Shown piece by piece: positions 1 through 13,437 of a stretch of 59,426 bases of DNA (its first letter is position 1; every line of letters begins with the position of its first letter). Below the pieces are notes generated by a model. The model made no database searches and was not told the DNA's origin. It saw only the letters and a program-made list of their open reading frames with translations. The position numbers and the translations under genes were made by a program. The DNA is from Spizellomyces punctatus DAOM BR117 (lineage: Eukaryota). The DNA lies in the NCBI GenBank assembly GCA_000182565.2, contig KQ257462.1. One strand, written 5' to 3'.

Positions 1-142
1 AGGAATACGTCAGTGCCGGGTGCGAAGCAGCGGGCAACTACCAGCTCTTACCATTGAAAACATCGTTTAATTCTCCAGGTGGACTGTCAAGCAGAAACCC
101 CGACACAATGCTCAATTTCGCATCGTTACTCAGTTCTGACAT
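1..142 (-). CDS. CAP1: F-actin capping protein alpha subunit, 5' end (exon 1 at 142-52; gene runs off the window)
   Basis: Minus strand from ATG at 142 reads MSELSNDAKLSIVSGFLLDSPPGELNDVFN, then a GTAAG donor. SPPGE.NDVFND is the CapZ-alpha N-terminal motif. Not in the ORF track. Confidence 0.85.
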
Positions 143-469
143 GTTGCCGTGCCAATAGAAAACGCGGAATGGGGTAGAGTTCACTGTCGATGCAAGCTGC
201 AAGATGGCCGCCGCAGAGGCAAGACGCGATTGAGTGTTTCGTTCTAATCAGCGGATTAATCCGGCTTAACCATGTTATAATGTGCATTGTTTTTGGTCAT
301 CATCATCATGAAGATAAACAATAAAGTCAATTATTTACAATTATTGCCTTTGCGACAGCTGAGGTCTGGGACCTTATCCTGCGGCGCTTATTTTCTATAT
401 ATGGCCCCATTCTCACTATCTCCTCCCTTCTTGCTCTTTTACCCCCAACTCACCGCAAGCAAGTCAAGC

Positions 470-649
470 ATGACCGAGGACCTCGCCCTCCCGACAATAA
501 CAATGGGCAAGGATTGCCTTGCAATGCTATCACTACTATGCTGCTGTGATCACAGGTATGTCTTTGTAACATGCTTATTGTCTGTCGAATTCTGGTTTAC
601 TAATATCAGAACATCCTCTGAACCCAGTAGGCCTCGGAACCTGGCCTAA
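470..649 (+). CDS. Putative spliced small ORF (~41 aa, Cys-rich)
   Basis: TATATA near 397, a pyrimidine-rich leader, ATG at 470 and an intron-like segment 556-609 (GTATGT...ACTAAT ATCAG). Spliced peptide MTEDLALPTITMGKDCLAMLSLLCCCDHRTSSEPSRPRNLA. No family recognised. Confidence 0.3.
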   Translation: MTEDLALPTITMGKDCLAMLSLLCCCDHRYVFVTCLLSVEFWFTNIRTSSEPSRPRNLA

Positions 650-996
650 AAGGATTTCTCGTGATGGTGGGCGCTAGTTACCCGGATAGACCACTCGTAA
701 TGTGCATGTGTGAGCCTAGTTCATACTTAGTTCGGGTTGGTTGTCGCCAGACCCCAGTGGTTCGAATCCGCATTGGTGTACTGTATTGTTGTTTTAACTG
801 CTCATTGCCATACTACCACAAAGAAACGGTATTATGCGATAAGCACAAGAATCGTGGTATGTCTGCGACCACAGGAGTTGTTGCACGCATGATAGGTCAC
901 AAAGATTTATTTATACTCTCCCCTCACATCTCACAGGATAACTACATACAATCCGCCTCGGGAGCAGTTGAGCAGAAGCCAGCGAATTCCAAACCA

Positions 997-1695
997 TTAA
1001 ATGGGTTTAATCTTAAAGTGTAGCGAGATCAGTGAGAAGACCAAGCATTTTAGATCCTGGATTAGGTAGTAGAACACCCGTAGTCCTTCGGGGTCCTTGC
1101 TCTCTTGGACATCTACGAGGGAGCCGATCTTTGCCGTCTGATCAAAGGTTACAGATGAGCATATTATAAGATGACTTGTCATCCGAGCAATCGCAGCGTT
1201 AAATACTCACGGTGAATGATATGTGTTCTTTGCCCATCACGATCTCAAGCTCCTGTCGTCCAACCCGGTCTGGAACAGGCCACAGTTTGTCGTCCTCCCT
1301 AAATCGCAACAGTACACCCGAATGTCAACAACTTGTTCTACCACGACGCACCCAGCGACAAACGCTATTTCCAAGATCTCTGCAATACGCACTTTAGGAT
1401 CTCACTGTCGGTGACTATTCTCTTCAACTCCTGAATCAGCGATGGGCTAACGTACACCTCCTTTCGGATTAAAGTGTCGTTTTTGTAGTTCGAGGAGTTG
1501 GCATATCGTAGTTTGCCGTCCGGCCTAAACTCGAACTCGAGGAACTCATGTCCAAACTTGCCAATGTGGCCGACGCTGATGCGAGAATGGATTCGCGATG
1601 TCAGCAACAGATCTATGTTATGGCTGTAATGACATACGCAGGAGACGGAAAGCTTACTAATATCGAACATAAAGCTCTTCTTCTCCAGTGGCCAT
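997..1695 (-). CDS. MAGO: Mago nashi, exon junction complex core (4 exons)
   Basis: Spliced [39 protein letters not shown]...[19 protein letters not shown]...[15 protein letters not shown]. Confidence 0.97.
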
Positions 1696-1871
1696 TTCGT
1701 CAATCCAGGGGTGAATATCTGCTGGAGCGATGCTTTGGCAGGCGTTAATTGCCAACAACTAAGCAGTCCTTGTTGCCATAGAAATAGCAACGCGGAGTCT
1801 CACCAGATGCAAGTTGACTTCGCGCTCACCGTCCCAAGTCTGAGGTCCTTCTTTGGGAATCGACGCTAACC

Positions 1872-3375
1872 ATGTACCGGGGTAAAGCGACACCCATGGA
1901 CTTTGAACGTACGAACTTGTTTGCAGGAACTGAGGGCTCCCCGTGGCTTCGAGCTGTGTCCTCAGCAGCCGAAAAAGCGTCTTCCGAAGAGACGAGCGTC
2001 ACAAGAGAACAAGAAAGCTGTGCAAATGCAGGCGAGTTTGGACAACTTGTTCAGTCCCACACCTTTTCGCTGGTTCTAATTGAAGTCAAAACCTATAGGG
2101 AGTTTGTTCGCGTTTGACCCTAGTCCACTGCAGTCAACATCTGTGGTGTCACGATCTTCTCCGAAGGAGCAGCGCCGTGTCTTGCACCCTCGCCGTAGAG
2201 CGAACACCGGGTCTCCAAAGTACCGCTACGGATCCGACGGCTTTAGTGGAAGCGATTCAGGTGGAGACGAAGATGTTCCAGTCAAAGGGGTATGTGGATC
2301 TTTGGGTAATTGGATGGCGGCATCTTGGAAGCAGAGTCATTCCTAATACGATGCGCATCATATTCCAGAATGCAAAGAAGCGCAAGAAGAAGGAGGAAGC
2401 AAGCGCCTTCACTGGATATAGTTCTACATCAAAGCCAAGCGAGGGTTTCAGTCATCATGCCCTGCTCTTGCCTTACATGATCAGTGGGTATGTTTCGGTT
2501 TCGCTCTTCTATCATCCTACCAAATGTTGATACTTAAACGAGCGGGTGCGCTTAGATACATACAAATGTTCTTTTCGATGTTCATAATCGCCATCATGCT
2601 GTACATGATTGTGCAGTTTATCCTAACTGTGCGTCACGACCTGGAGATGAAAGCAGAGGAGTACTCTGTTGGTATGACCTTTCTGGTCTATCGGTCTCCG
2701 CTGCCCTTGTCTTACTATGTTATATTATAGAAATTATTCATCAAGTAGCGGAATGCTCGAAGAACTACATCGAAAACAAATGCGACCCAAAAACACGGGT
2801 GCAGTATATGCAGAAAGCGTGCCAGGAATGGGAAATTTGCATGCAGAGAGATCCGAAAGAAGTTGGCAGGTAAATCTTGTTAGACTCTGCTGGTGCTAAG
2901 CTGATACTGATTGTGTTTGTGGTCTACCAAAAGACTCAAAGTTGGTGCGGAAACGCTCGCTGAAATCCTTAACAAACTTGTGGAACCGCTTTCATACAAA
3001 ACCATGGTCTTTGGGACAGTTCTGTTGTTCGGCACACTCTTTTTAACGTCGACTGCCTTCAACCTAGTCAAAGCGAGGGCTTCCTCACCTCCGAACCCAG
3101 TTCCAATTCACATGCACGCTCCTCCCGGACCCGCGTATCAATACCAATTTATGCCCTCACCTTCCCCTACACAGTCATATTGGGATCAATCTTCGCGGCC
3201 TGCGATTATGGGTACGTATCGATGTCAATGATTTCCATTGCAACTGGACGCAAGCTGATAGTGGTACTGGGCAGGTGTTCCATCTAGTCCGAGCTCAACA
3301 GGAAGACTTGATTCAAATTCTATAATACGACGACAGAGACGAGTGCAAGGGTTCATGGAGGACGAATCAGATTAA
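1872..3375 (+). CDS. BRL1: Brr6/Brl1-family nuclear envelope protein (multi-exon)
   Basis: N-terminal MYRGKATPMDFE; two TM helices flanking a 4-Cys luminal domain (ECSKNYIENKCDPKTRVQYMQKACQEWEICM...AETLAEILNKLVEPLSYKTM). Confidence 0.88.
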
Positions 3376-3931
3376 GCAAGGTGTAGACCCAAGCGCATCC
3401 CCATATTTTGGTAACCGGCTAAGAAGTCGACCGTGCCCCGTCACTGAAGTGTATTTTGAGCTTGACTTTATTTGTAAAAATTGCCATAAGAAGATGTAAA
3501 TAAAATATTATATTAGAATTGCAAACAGGCATGCAAACGTCAGCCTTGAAACGCAACATTGCACCTAACTCGGATCCTGCATGAATAAGCGATTAAGGAT
3601 TGCTTGATATGTTTTAGATGGCATACACAGCGCACATGCCTTGGGATTGCGAAAGGAGAGTGTCGTCTAACGCTCGGTATTGAAATATCCGATCAGTTAC
3701 AATCCGTAGCAAGGGCAAGTGTTCAGCATTGCGTTGCTGGTTGCCAGCTAAAGTATTCAACGCTTCCAAACTCAACATTTGCTACTACTACCAGGACCTG
3801 CATTAGAGGAGTTTATACTCAAACTCTTGCCTAATGCTTTATAACAAAAGACTGATTTGCCCTTTCAATGCACACGACAAATCAACAGCTACAGATGCAA
3901 AACAATAAATTTGATCTCTTTGACAATGTAA

Positions 3932-6622
<2,691 letters not shown>

Positions 6623-6824
6623 TGCTGATACTGTGAAGAGGGTTCGCTTGCATTCAAATATACCAGATATCACATTGTTTCTGGTCGGACCGTGCTTACC
6701 TATCCCGGCATGACTGTGCTCATAGTGGTGGGGCTTAGACATGTAACGAAGTCTTCGCGTTTCAAGACTGCAGGAAACTGCATTCCATTCCATCTGCACA
6801 ATATTGTGGGCCATTTCTACCACT

Positions 6825-9347
6825 ATGGGGTCTCGAACGACCACGCTTATGGTGGTCGTCGTTGGCTTTTTTATGCTGTATCTGTACTTTCAATACGCTG
6901 CAGAAGCTCAGTTTCGATTGTAAGGGCATCCCCGAATCCTTTTGCCACCAGTGCGCACTCACTCACATTTCTCACATGAACAGTTCTATAGGGATAAAAC
7001 AAAAGGAACATTTTGAGCATCCTACTGACCCAGGTATCTCTGCAAAGAAGCAAGATTTCAAGTCTCCAGAGAAAGGGGAGCAGGCAGAAAGCAAACGGCT
7101 GCCGACGCCCCCGGGCACCTCATGTCCACCGTGCCCTAAGGTTCCTCAGGTTTCAAATTACAAAAGCCAATTTGCCGTACAGAATACGCTTACAGCCCGT
7201 TTCAACGAACTTACCATTGCGAAGCATCCTACCTATGGAACCTGTCTTCTAACAAACTCATCATCCACGCCTGTGACTTGCTCATCGGATGAGCATATTC
7301 ATTATGAAGCTTTGGTGCATCCCGCGCTAGTTCTTCACCCGTTTCCGCGGCGGGTTCTAGTAGTAGGAGGCCTTGTAGAGGCGCCAATTCGAGAGGTGCT
7401 GAAACACTTCTTGGTTCGCGAAATAACCTGGGTAGATCAGAAGGACCTGATAGAAGGACCCAAAAGATTTCTCCCCTCGGAATACGCGTATGAGGACCCT
7501 CTGAATCGTGTAGAGGTTGAGAATATGGCTGGCGCAGGATATATGCGATATGTGGATAACGCCAACCGCCATTATGATGTGATTATCATCGCCGATGATG
7601 CCCGGCATGTCCAGCGGGAGAACCATTGGAAAGGAGCAGCTTCAATGGAGAAGCGAGCAGAGGTCATTGAAGCCGCGCAGGCAGCCCTAAAAGCAGGAGG
7701 TGTATTGGCCGTCTTCAGTGGAGAAATTGAGGGACCCGCCTGGGAAGATCGGAGACTCCTTCGTCGATACTTTCCTCGAGTATTCCTCGGAACTCGTTAT
7801 GTCCCCTCTGTGGGTGCCCCGGTGGCATATTCTTACGCAACTAGATCAGAGGCGCCTCCCGACCCAAGAATGCTGGCACCCGAATATATCGACGCCCGGC
7901 TGCGGCGCACGACCATTGGAGGTACTAGAAGCTACGATGGACTGACGCATTTGCATATGTTTGCATTGACGAAGGATATGCGTGATGAGATTGACAAGGA
8001 AGATCTGAAGGCTAGGGAAAAATCTGCTGCAACAATTGTTGTTGGAGCAACGCCATCGGAGCTGCTGCATGCACCTTACAAGGAGGAGCCATTCTTGGAT
8101 CCTGTAACTCAAGGCGACACCATAACACGGGAATTTTATGGTTGTGCTAATGAAGCCTTCAATATGACGAATCTGAAGACTATCGTAGAAGGCGCCGTAG
8201 AAAAGATGAATGGACGTCTTGTGTTTCTGAACGCAACCGAGGTGAAGGAATTCAAGAACAACACAGGTGCAACCAAACCGATTCCAATGCTCTCCGTGGT
8301 AGCAATGACGGAGGGAGGGAGCATCACTCTGCATGCGTGGCCAAGTTACCAGTACGCTGCGGCGGATGTGACCAACTTCAACAACTGGGCAGTAGGAGAG
8401 GAGGCTATGAATCACATTTTTAATGAACTTGGTGCGTTCCCAGAATGAATTCGCGCGTTGGTCATTCACACTCTGATTTTGAATGGATCGCCAGATGCCA
8501 CAAAAAGCATCGGCTCAACTTCTCTACGAGGAAGTCTCACACGCTTTGCGTCTGCACCTATTCTTGACCATGTCAAATATCCCACTCCATATAAACAAAA
8601 CCCGAAAGTAGAGTTTCGAATCTCACCCACAGCGGGATCCGGAAATTTTGCCAGGGAACCCATCATGAAGGGAGAGATAATTTTCGAAGGTCCTATTGAA
8701 ACTTATTTACTGACTAAGGAAGAGATACGAGCGAAACCCGAATGGTTGGAGGAGTTCATGATGCATTATGGAGAGCAGGTTCGTCCAGACTAAAAGTACG
8801 CGAAAATGATTCTCCCCACTTATCTTCATGTATCCCGCAGGCTGAGGATGGGATCTTTGTGGGGCCACCCTACGCGGATCTCGATGCGTCGTACTTTACA
8901 AATCATCATTGCGATGCTAATCTTTGGTAAGGGTCAGGTTTTGCGAATTGCGTCTCAAGCTGACAGAACTAAAAATGTGAGACTAAAATTCTGTTGTTCT
9001 TAGGTACGAAGATTACGATATCATGGTGGCAAGACGAGATATTGCCATTGGCGAGGAGCTTAACTTTGATTGTGAGTGCCCATTATGTATTATCTACCTT
9101 TGTTGATGATAGTTTGTTGAGTATCCTTTCGGTTACAGATGGAACGATATATAGTGATCCTGAGATTTTGGACATCAATCCTTGCCAATGTGGGGCACCG
9201 AACTGTCGTAAACACATCACCGGTAACGACTGGAAGAAAGCAGACGTGCAGAAAATGCATGGCCTGGAGCATTTCTGGCCGCATATACAAAAGAAAATCA
9301 TCAAGACTTCGAAATTGCGGAAACGTGAAACACTTGCGGAACTGTAG
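6825..9347 (+). CDS. Signal-anchored fusion: aminopropyltransferase-like + AdoMet decarboxylase-like + SET/post-SET (~729 aa, 6 exons)
   Basis: Exons 6825-6919, 6984-8431, 8495-8778, 8841-8926, 9004-9071, 9139-9347 join in frame (2190 nt). Motifs: TM MVVVVGFFMLYLYF; DEHIHYEALVHPALVLHPFPRRVLVVGG; GDTITREFYGC...SITLHAWPSYQYAAADV; NHHCDAN, GEELNFDY, CQCGAPNC. Confidence 0.85.
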
Positions 9348-9966
9348 CATATTGAACTGGGAGAATGCTTTGATCTACCTATTCTGAACTTGCAGCATGT
9401 ACATAAACTAACTACATTTGCACGAGTACCTTACACGTTATCTGTAGATAACTGTGCCACTGGCTTCAACACTGACAAGAAGCTTCTTCATCTCCACTTT
9501 CTCACATTATACATTGCATCTAAACCATTCCACTTCGTACTTCACCTGCGAAAGCAGCACATTCGATAATTGGGTTGCGAAACGTTAATCACGACATTCT
9601 CCAACCTGGAACCGGACGGAAGGAATCTTGGCCGCATTCTCCCATAAACACGGACGTCAAAAGACAACTGGAATTGTTTGGTAGCAAACCATACCTTTAT
9701 TATCAATGGTTTCAGTAAAGTAGGGTGGACGTATTTACTTTGGGGGACAAATAGGTGGCAATATTTAAATCTCAAGCAAAGAGCCTTGGGAGAGGGCTTC
9801 TGGGAACTGGGGGCGACAGGCACCTGCTTTTTGGACCAGCGAACATACGACTTGTTTGACACTCTTTTGCGTGAGAATACATTTTGACTCGCGCAATTGA
9901 CGAGCGGAGTGGACGAAAGGGCGACGAGACTTATGTTGATTCCATGACCGAGTAGAGAAGAAGGGT

Positions 9967-12900
9967 ATGCCGTTAGTGGACAGTCAACGAGACTTTGCAA
10001 CCGTGCCGAAGAGGCCTCTTGCGGCTGATTTCATGGATTATAATATACCCAAGGTAATTCTGACCGGAAATAGTGTTAGCCTGCCTCTCTTTGGAGTCAG
10101 AAGCGGATGATATGAAGGTGGAGTGTAGAGCGTGGACGTTGTCATGTTCACTGCATCCTCGTCGTTTGGTTCTCAAGAGCATTGAGTGCTCGCTGGCCGA
10201 CTATCCTCCAGAAGCTTCTGCAAAACCACATGGGCGGCCTTCAATGTTATAGATGATAGTGTAGCTGACCTATTATTCGTTGTTGTATTATCACAATATA
10301 GAGTCAAACCCCTGACGAGCAGAACCTGTCCCCATTGAACCACAGAAATAACTGGCCACACGCGGGAATGCCAACAGAACAAGGAAAGCCTTCTGATACC
10401 ATCCCTGACATCGATCAAGCTTTGAAGAGGAAGTACAGTTATGAGATGGAGGAGCCATCAAACCTTGAAATCACCATGGACACATACGCCCATGAGCATC
10501 CGTTGCCTACGCCCGTATTAACCCGGGCTACAAGCCCTGTAAAGGAGCAAGGTTCCACTCAATTAACTGTCAAAACATGCATGGATGGCGGAACGGACAC
10601 TGTCTTCTGCGGTTCTACGATGCATCATAGCCCTGAATGTGATGATGTTGAGACTGCTTGTACGACGGAGGAGACCCCACGAAGCCTCCTTAGCTTCAGC
10701 GTAACGAATCCAGAAAGAAATCCCAGGAAAACATTCTATCCATCATTACAAAGTCGCCGCGACACTAATCCCAACGCTGTTGAGAGAACAGGAGTAAAGT
10801 CGCAACACTGGGAACCACGAGAGAAGTCATTCACACACCACCCTCGAGAGGGAGGTCCATTAACTGCCTGTAGGCAGAAGGGATGTCACTGGAAGTCACC
10901 GAAGAAGTTAAAGTGCGCTAGTACGTTTAATCAGGAACATTCTCATGAGTGTGTTGCATCCTTTACTCAATTCTATCTTCACTTTCGATTGCACGCAATC
11001 GTTAATAGAAAATAAAGTCGGTCATGCACACGATAGCCGGTCTTGGCCTCACCTCGATACTCGGACAATGGAAACCACAAAGGAAGCATCTGTTGCAGAT
11101 CATAATCACTTGCCGCGAAGCACAGAGTCCGCTCAACAAACAATGTCGAGCGAAACCAAAGGAGTTAACGGCGGAGATGATGCAAAAATAAATATACGAA
11201 AAGATGCTAAGTTTCACAATGCAAAATCCTCTTCAACAGAGAGCAAACAACAGGGGTCTCGCTTGCGCCTGAGTTCAGAAGTAGATAAAAGATGTTTCAG
11301 GTATGGTACTGCGCTATCACCGCATGGAATATCTCATCATTGGACGCTAATATAGCCTTTAGCCTGCACAAGGGCAACGATATCTACGTGGGCAAAGTCA
11401 CATTCCGTCACATGAATGAATTGTCTATGAGGCTCTTGAATGCATTATGTGAAGAGGATAATTCCACCGAAAACTTCTTTGAGAAGAAGATCTGCATTCG
11501 GTACATGATCGACGTGGATGTGGTCAAGTCCGTCTTCCAGAGATTGAGTGCAGCGGAAGATTACGGAATTGCGGCGTTCGAGTTTCCAGATGTGGGAGAC
11601 CAGGAACCCTTGAGAAATTTGATGCAATATCTGGGCGAAAAGCGACGGGTAGGTCCAATGTTCAATGAAGTACTTCGAGGTGCAGAACTGAGCCGATTGA
11701 TTGTTCCTGGTAGGTCGGTGTGGTAACGTTCACGGGGCTGGCAGGAATCATTATTCCGGGCAACGATGCTTCAGCGATTTTACATAAAGATCTGGACAGT
11801 GCTCCATATCTCTACTGCTCTCTTCTGCACGCTTCTCATTCTCCTTCTCACCTTGGCATGAGTAAACCGCCAAGAAATCCTTCGCATCCCAAGATCTCGC
11901 TTCCCGCGCCTATGGTGGCGATGACAGAGTACAGAAAGTTGTTTCTAAGAGCTGTTCACCGGATGCCGCCAAATGTAAGTACCCTCTTATCGAGATTGTG
12001 ACTCCTGCGGGCGATTACAGACGTTCATTTTTTGTTTTGTTTAGATCCAATGGATAGTAGAGGGCAAAAGAATCCATTTCTTTGCGCCTTCCATTCTGGC
12101 AACGTCCGAGGTGAAATGGCTCCTTGAACAGTATGGGGCAAAAGTGGATGATAACACTGCGGAATGCGAAGTGATCATGGTAAGCATCTGATATGGTAAA
12201 CCACTCCCTTACGAAAGATTAAGTCACAGTCTTTGTGCAGGTGCATAGGTGGTTTCACTACCAGATTCACATGTTACCAGGTCTTAATAATTTGAAAAAA
12301 GCCATGGTCACTTTCGTTCTCTGGGGGTTAACTCTTCCTCAATTGGTGAGAGGACCCGAAGTACTCTTCCCAGGAGGTGAGGATGTTGATGAAGGACAAC
12401 CGCAGTCTCTTTTGTCTGTCTGTGCACCTAATATATAAGGCGACAGACGGCGGTATAATCACGTTCACTACGGACGTGCTGATGGCGGACACTGGTCCTG
12501 CGTGGCTGAGGATGTTTCAAACATTCCTCCAAAAGGTAATGGTGCCATTGACGAACCCTTCATACTGTCAAGCTTACCGAACTGACACTCGCTTCTGCTC
12601 ATGGATCAGTCGCACCCAATCTCAGGACAGTGGGGGGTGATACTGCATCCTTCCGTCTGGGAAATGATGCAGCAACTATCTCAGGCACTCACTGAAGATG
12701 AGCCTTTCCTATATCGGTGAGCATTACTCCTCTTTGCGCGTTTACCGCAATCTAAGAGCTAAATGCCTTCCCCTGAAAAACAGAGTACAGGAGGTTTACT
12801 TTATTTTGCAGTCCCTCAAATTAAATGGCTTATTAAGGATTGGACAACGGAGTGACGTCTATGATGTAGGTTTTTGTCTTTTGCACAGTGCCCAGATGTC

Positions 12901-13123
12901 AAATAGAGCTGACCGCCAGGAACGTGCTTTCTTACAACAGCATCCTGAAGAGCAGCAGAGAGTGTATCACATGCTTGTTCGCTTACAATACTCTTGGAGT
13001 CTTAACTTTCGGCATTTTGTATGCGTTTCCTTGTCCGCGAATCGTGCAGAGGCAGAGGTTGTCGAAGGGATAGACCAGCTATCACCGGAAGAATTCTCGC
13101 GGCACTTCATTTACAAAACATAG
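9967..13123 (+). CDS. Chp1/TASOR-like protein: disordered N-terminus + SPOC + DomII/BRCT-like + PIN-like; 5' end uncertain
   Basis: Spliced C-terminal half: LRNLMQYLGEKRRVGVVTFTGLAGIIIP (SPOC-like), VIMVHRWFHYQIHMLPGLNNLKKAMVTFVLWG, LFPGDGGIITFTTDVL...WGVILHPSV...LVRLQYSWSLNFRHFVCVS...GIDQLSPEEF. Confidence 0.55.
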
Positions 13124-13437
13124 CCGCTACTGGTGCTGGACTTTGAATAGGCTCCAATTCCATTGTCTCTTATTGCTGCTTTGCGCTGTAATGCAAGGTT
13201 GAGAAATAAAGAAATTGCAAAAAGAATGAACATATCTTGAATTCACGTGATGATTGACTGTACCGAATCGCTGGGTCGACCAGACCCGCGCAAGCAACGG
13301 CTTCGTCGACCTTGCAATACCTTCAACATCTTGAATGAGAGCTTGTGACGCGGGCATTTTGCGCATCGAATTTCTTTACGCGGTCCCATACACCTCTACT
13401 ATCTTATAGCGAGGCGATCCTCTAGAAGCGTGAAAAC

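Noticed and set aside
671-780. Possible tRNA or tRNA-Sec around GGTTCGAATCC
   Set aside because: No coherent D arm or anticodon arm can be folded, and the putative acceptor stem is mostly G-U pairs.
647-800. AAAAGGATTTCTCGTGA resembles the 5' end of U11 snRNA
   Set aside because: No AUCAAGA stem-loop III motif and no Sm site at the expected distance.
8446-8448. In-frame TGA between the AdoMetDC-like and SET ORFs, suggesting selenocysteine or readthrough
   Set aside because: It lies inside a canonical 63-nt intron (8432-8494, GTGCGT...CTGAT...CAG) whose removal restores the SpeH-like C-terminus ELDATKSIGSTSLRG.
7846-8469. Long antisense ORFs in the track (also 50590-51099, 13422-13964 and many others)
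   Set aside because: They are shadows of real coding exons on the opposite strand, with no recognisable motifs.
9121-9130. GTATCCTTTC, a U12 donor-like motif
   Set aside because: It sits at the 3' end of a normal GTGAGT intron, with no downstream U12 branch site and no need for it in the reading frame.
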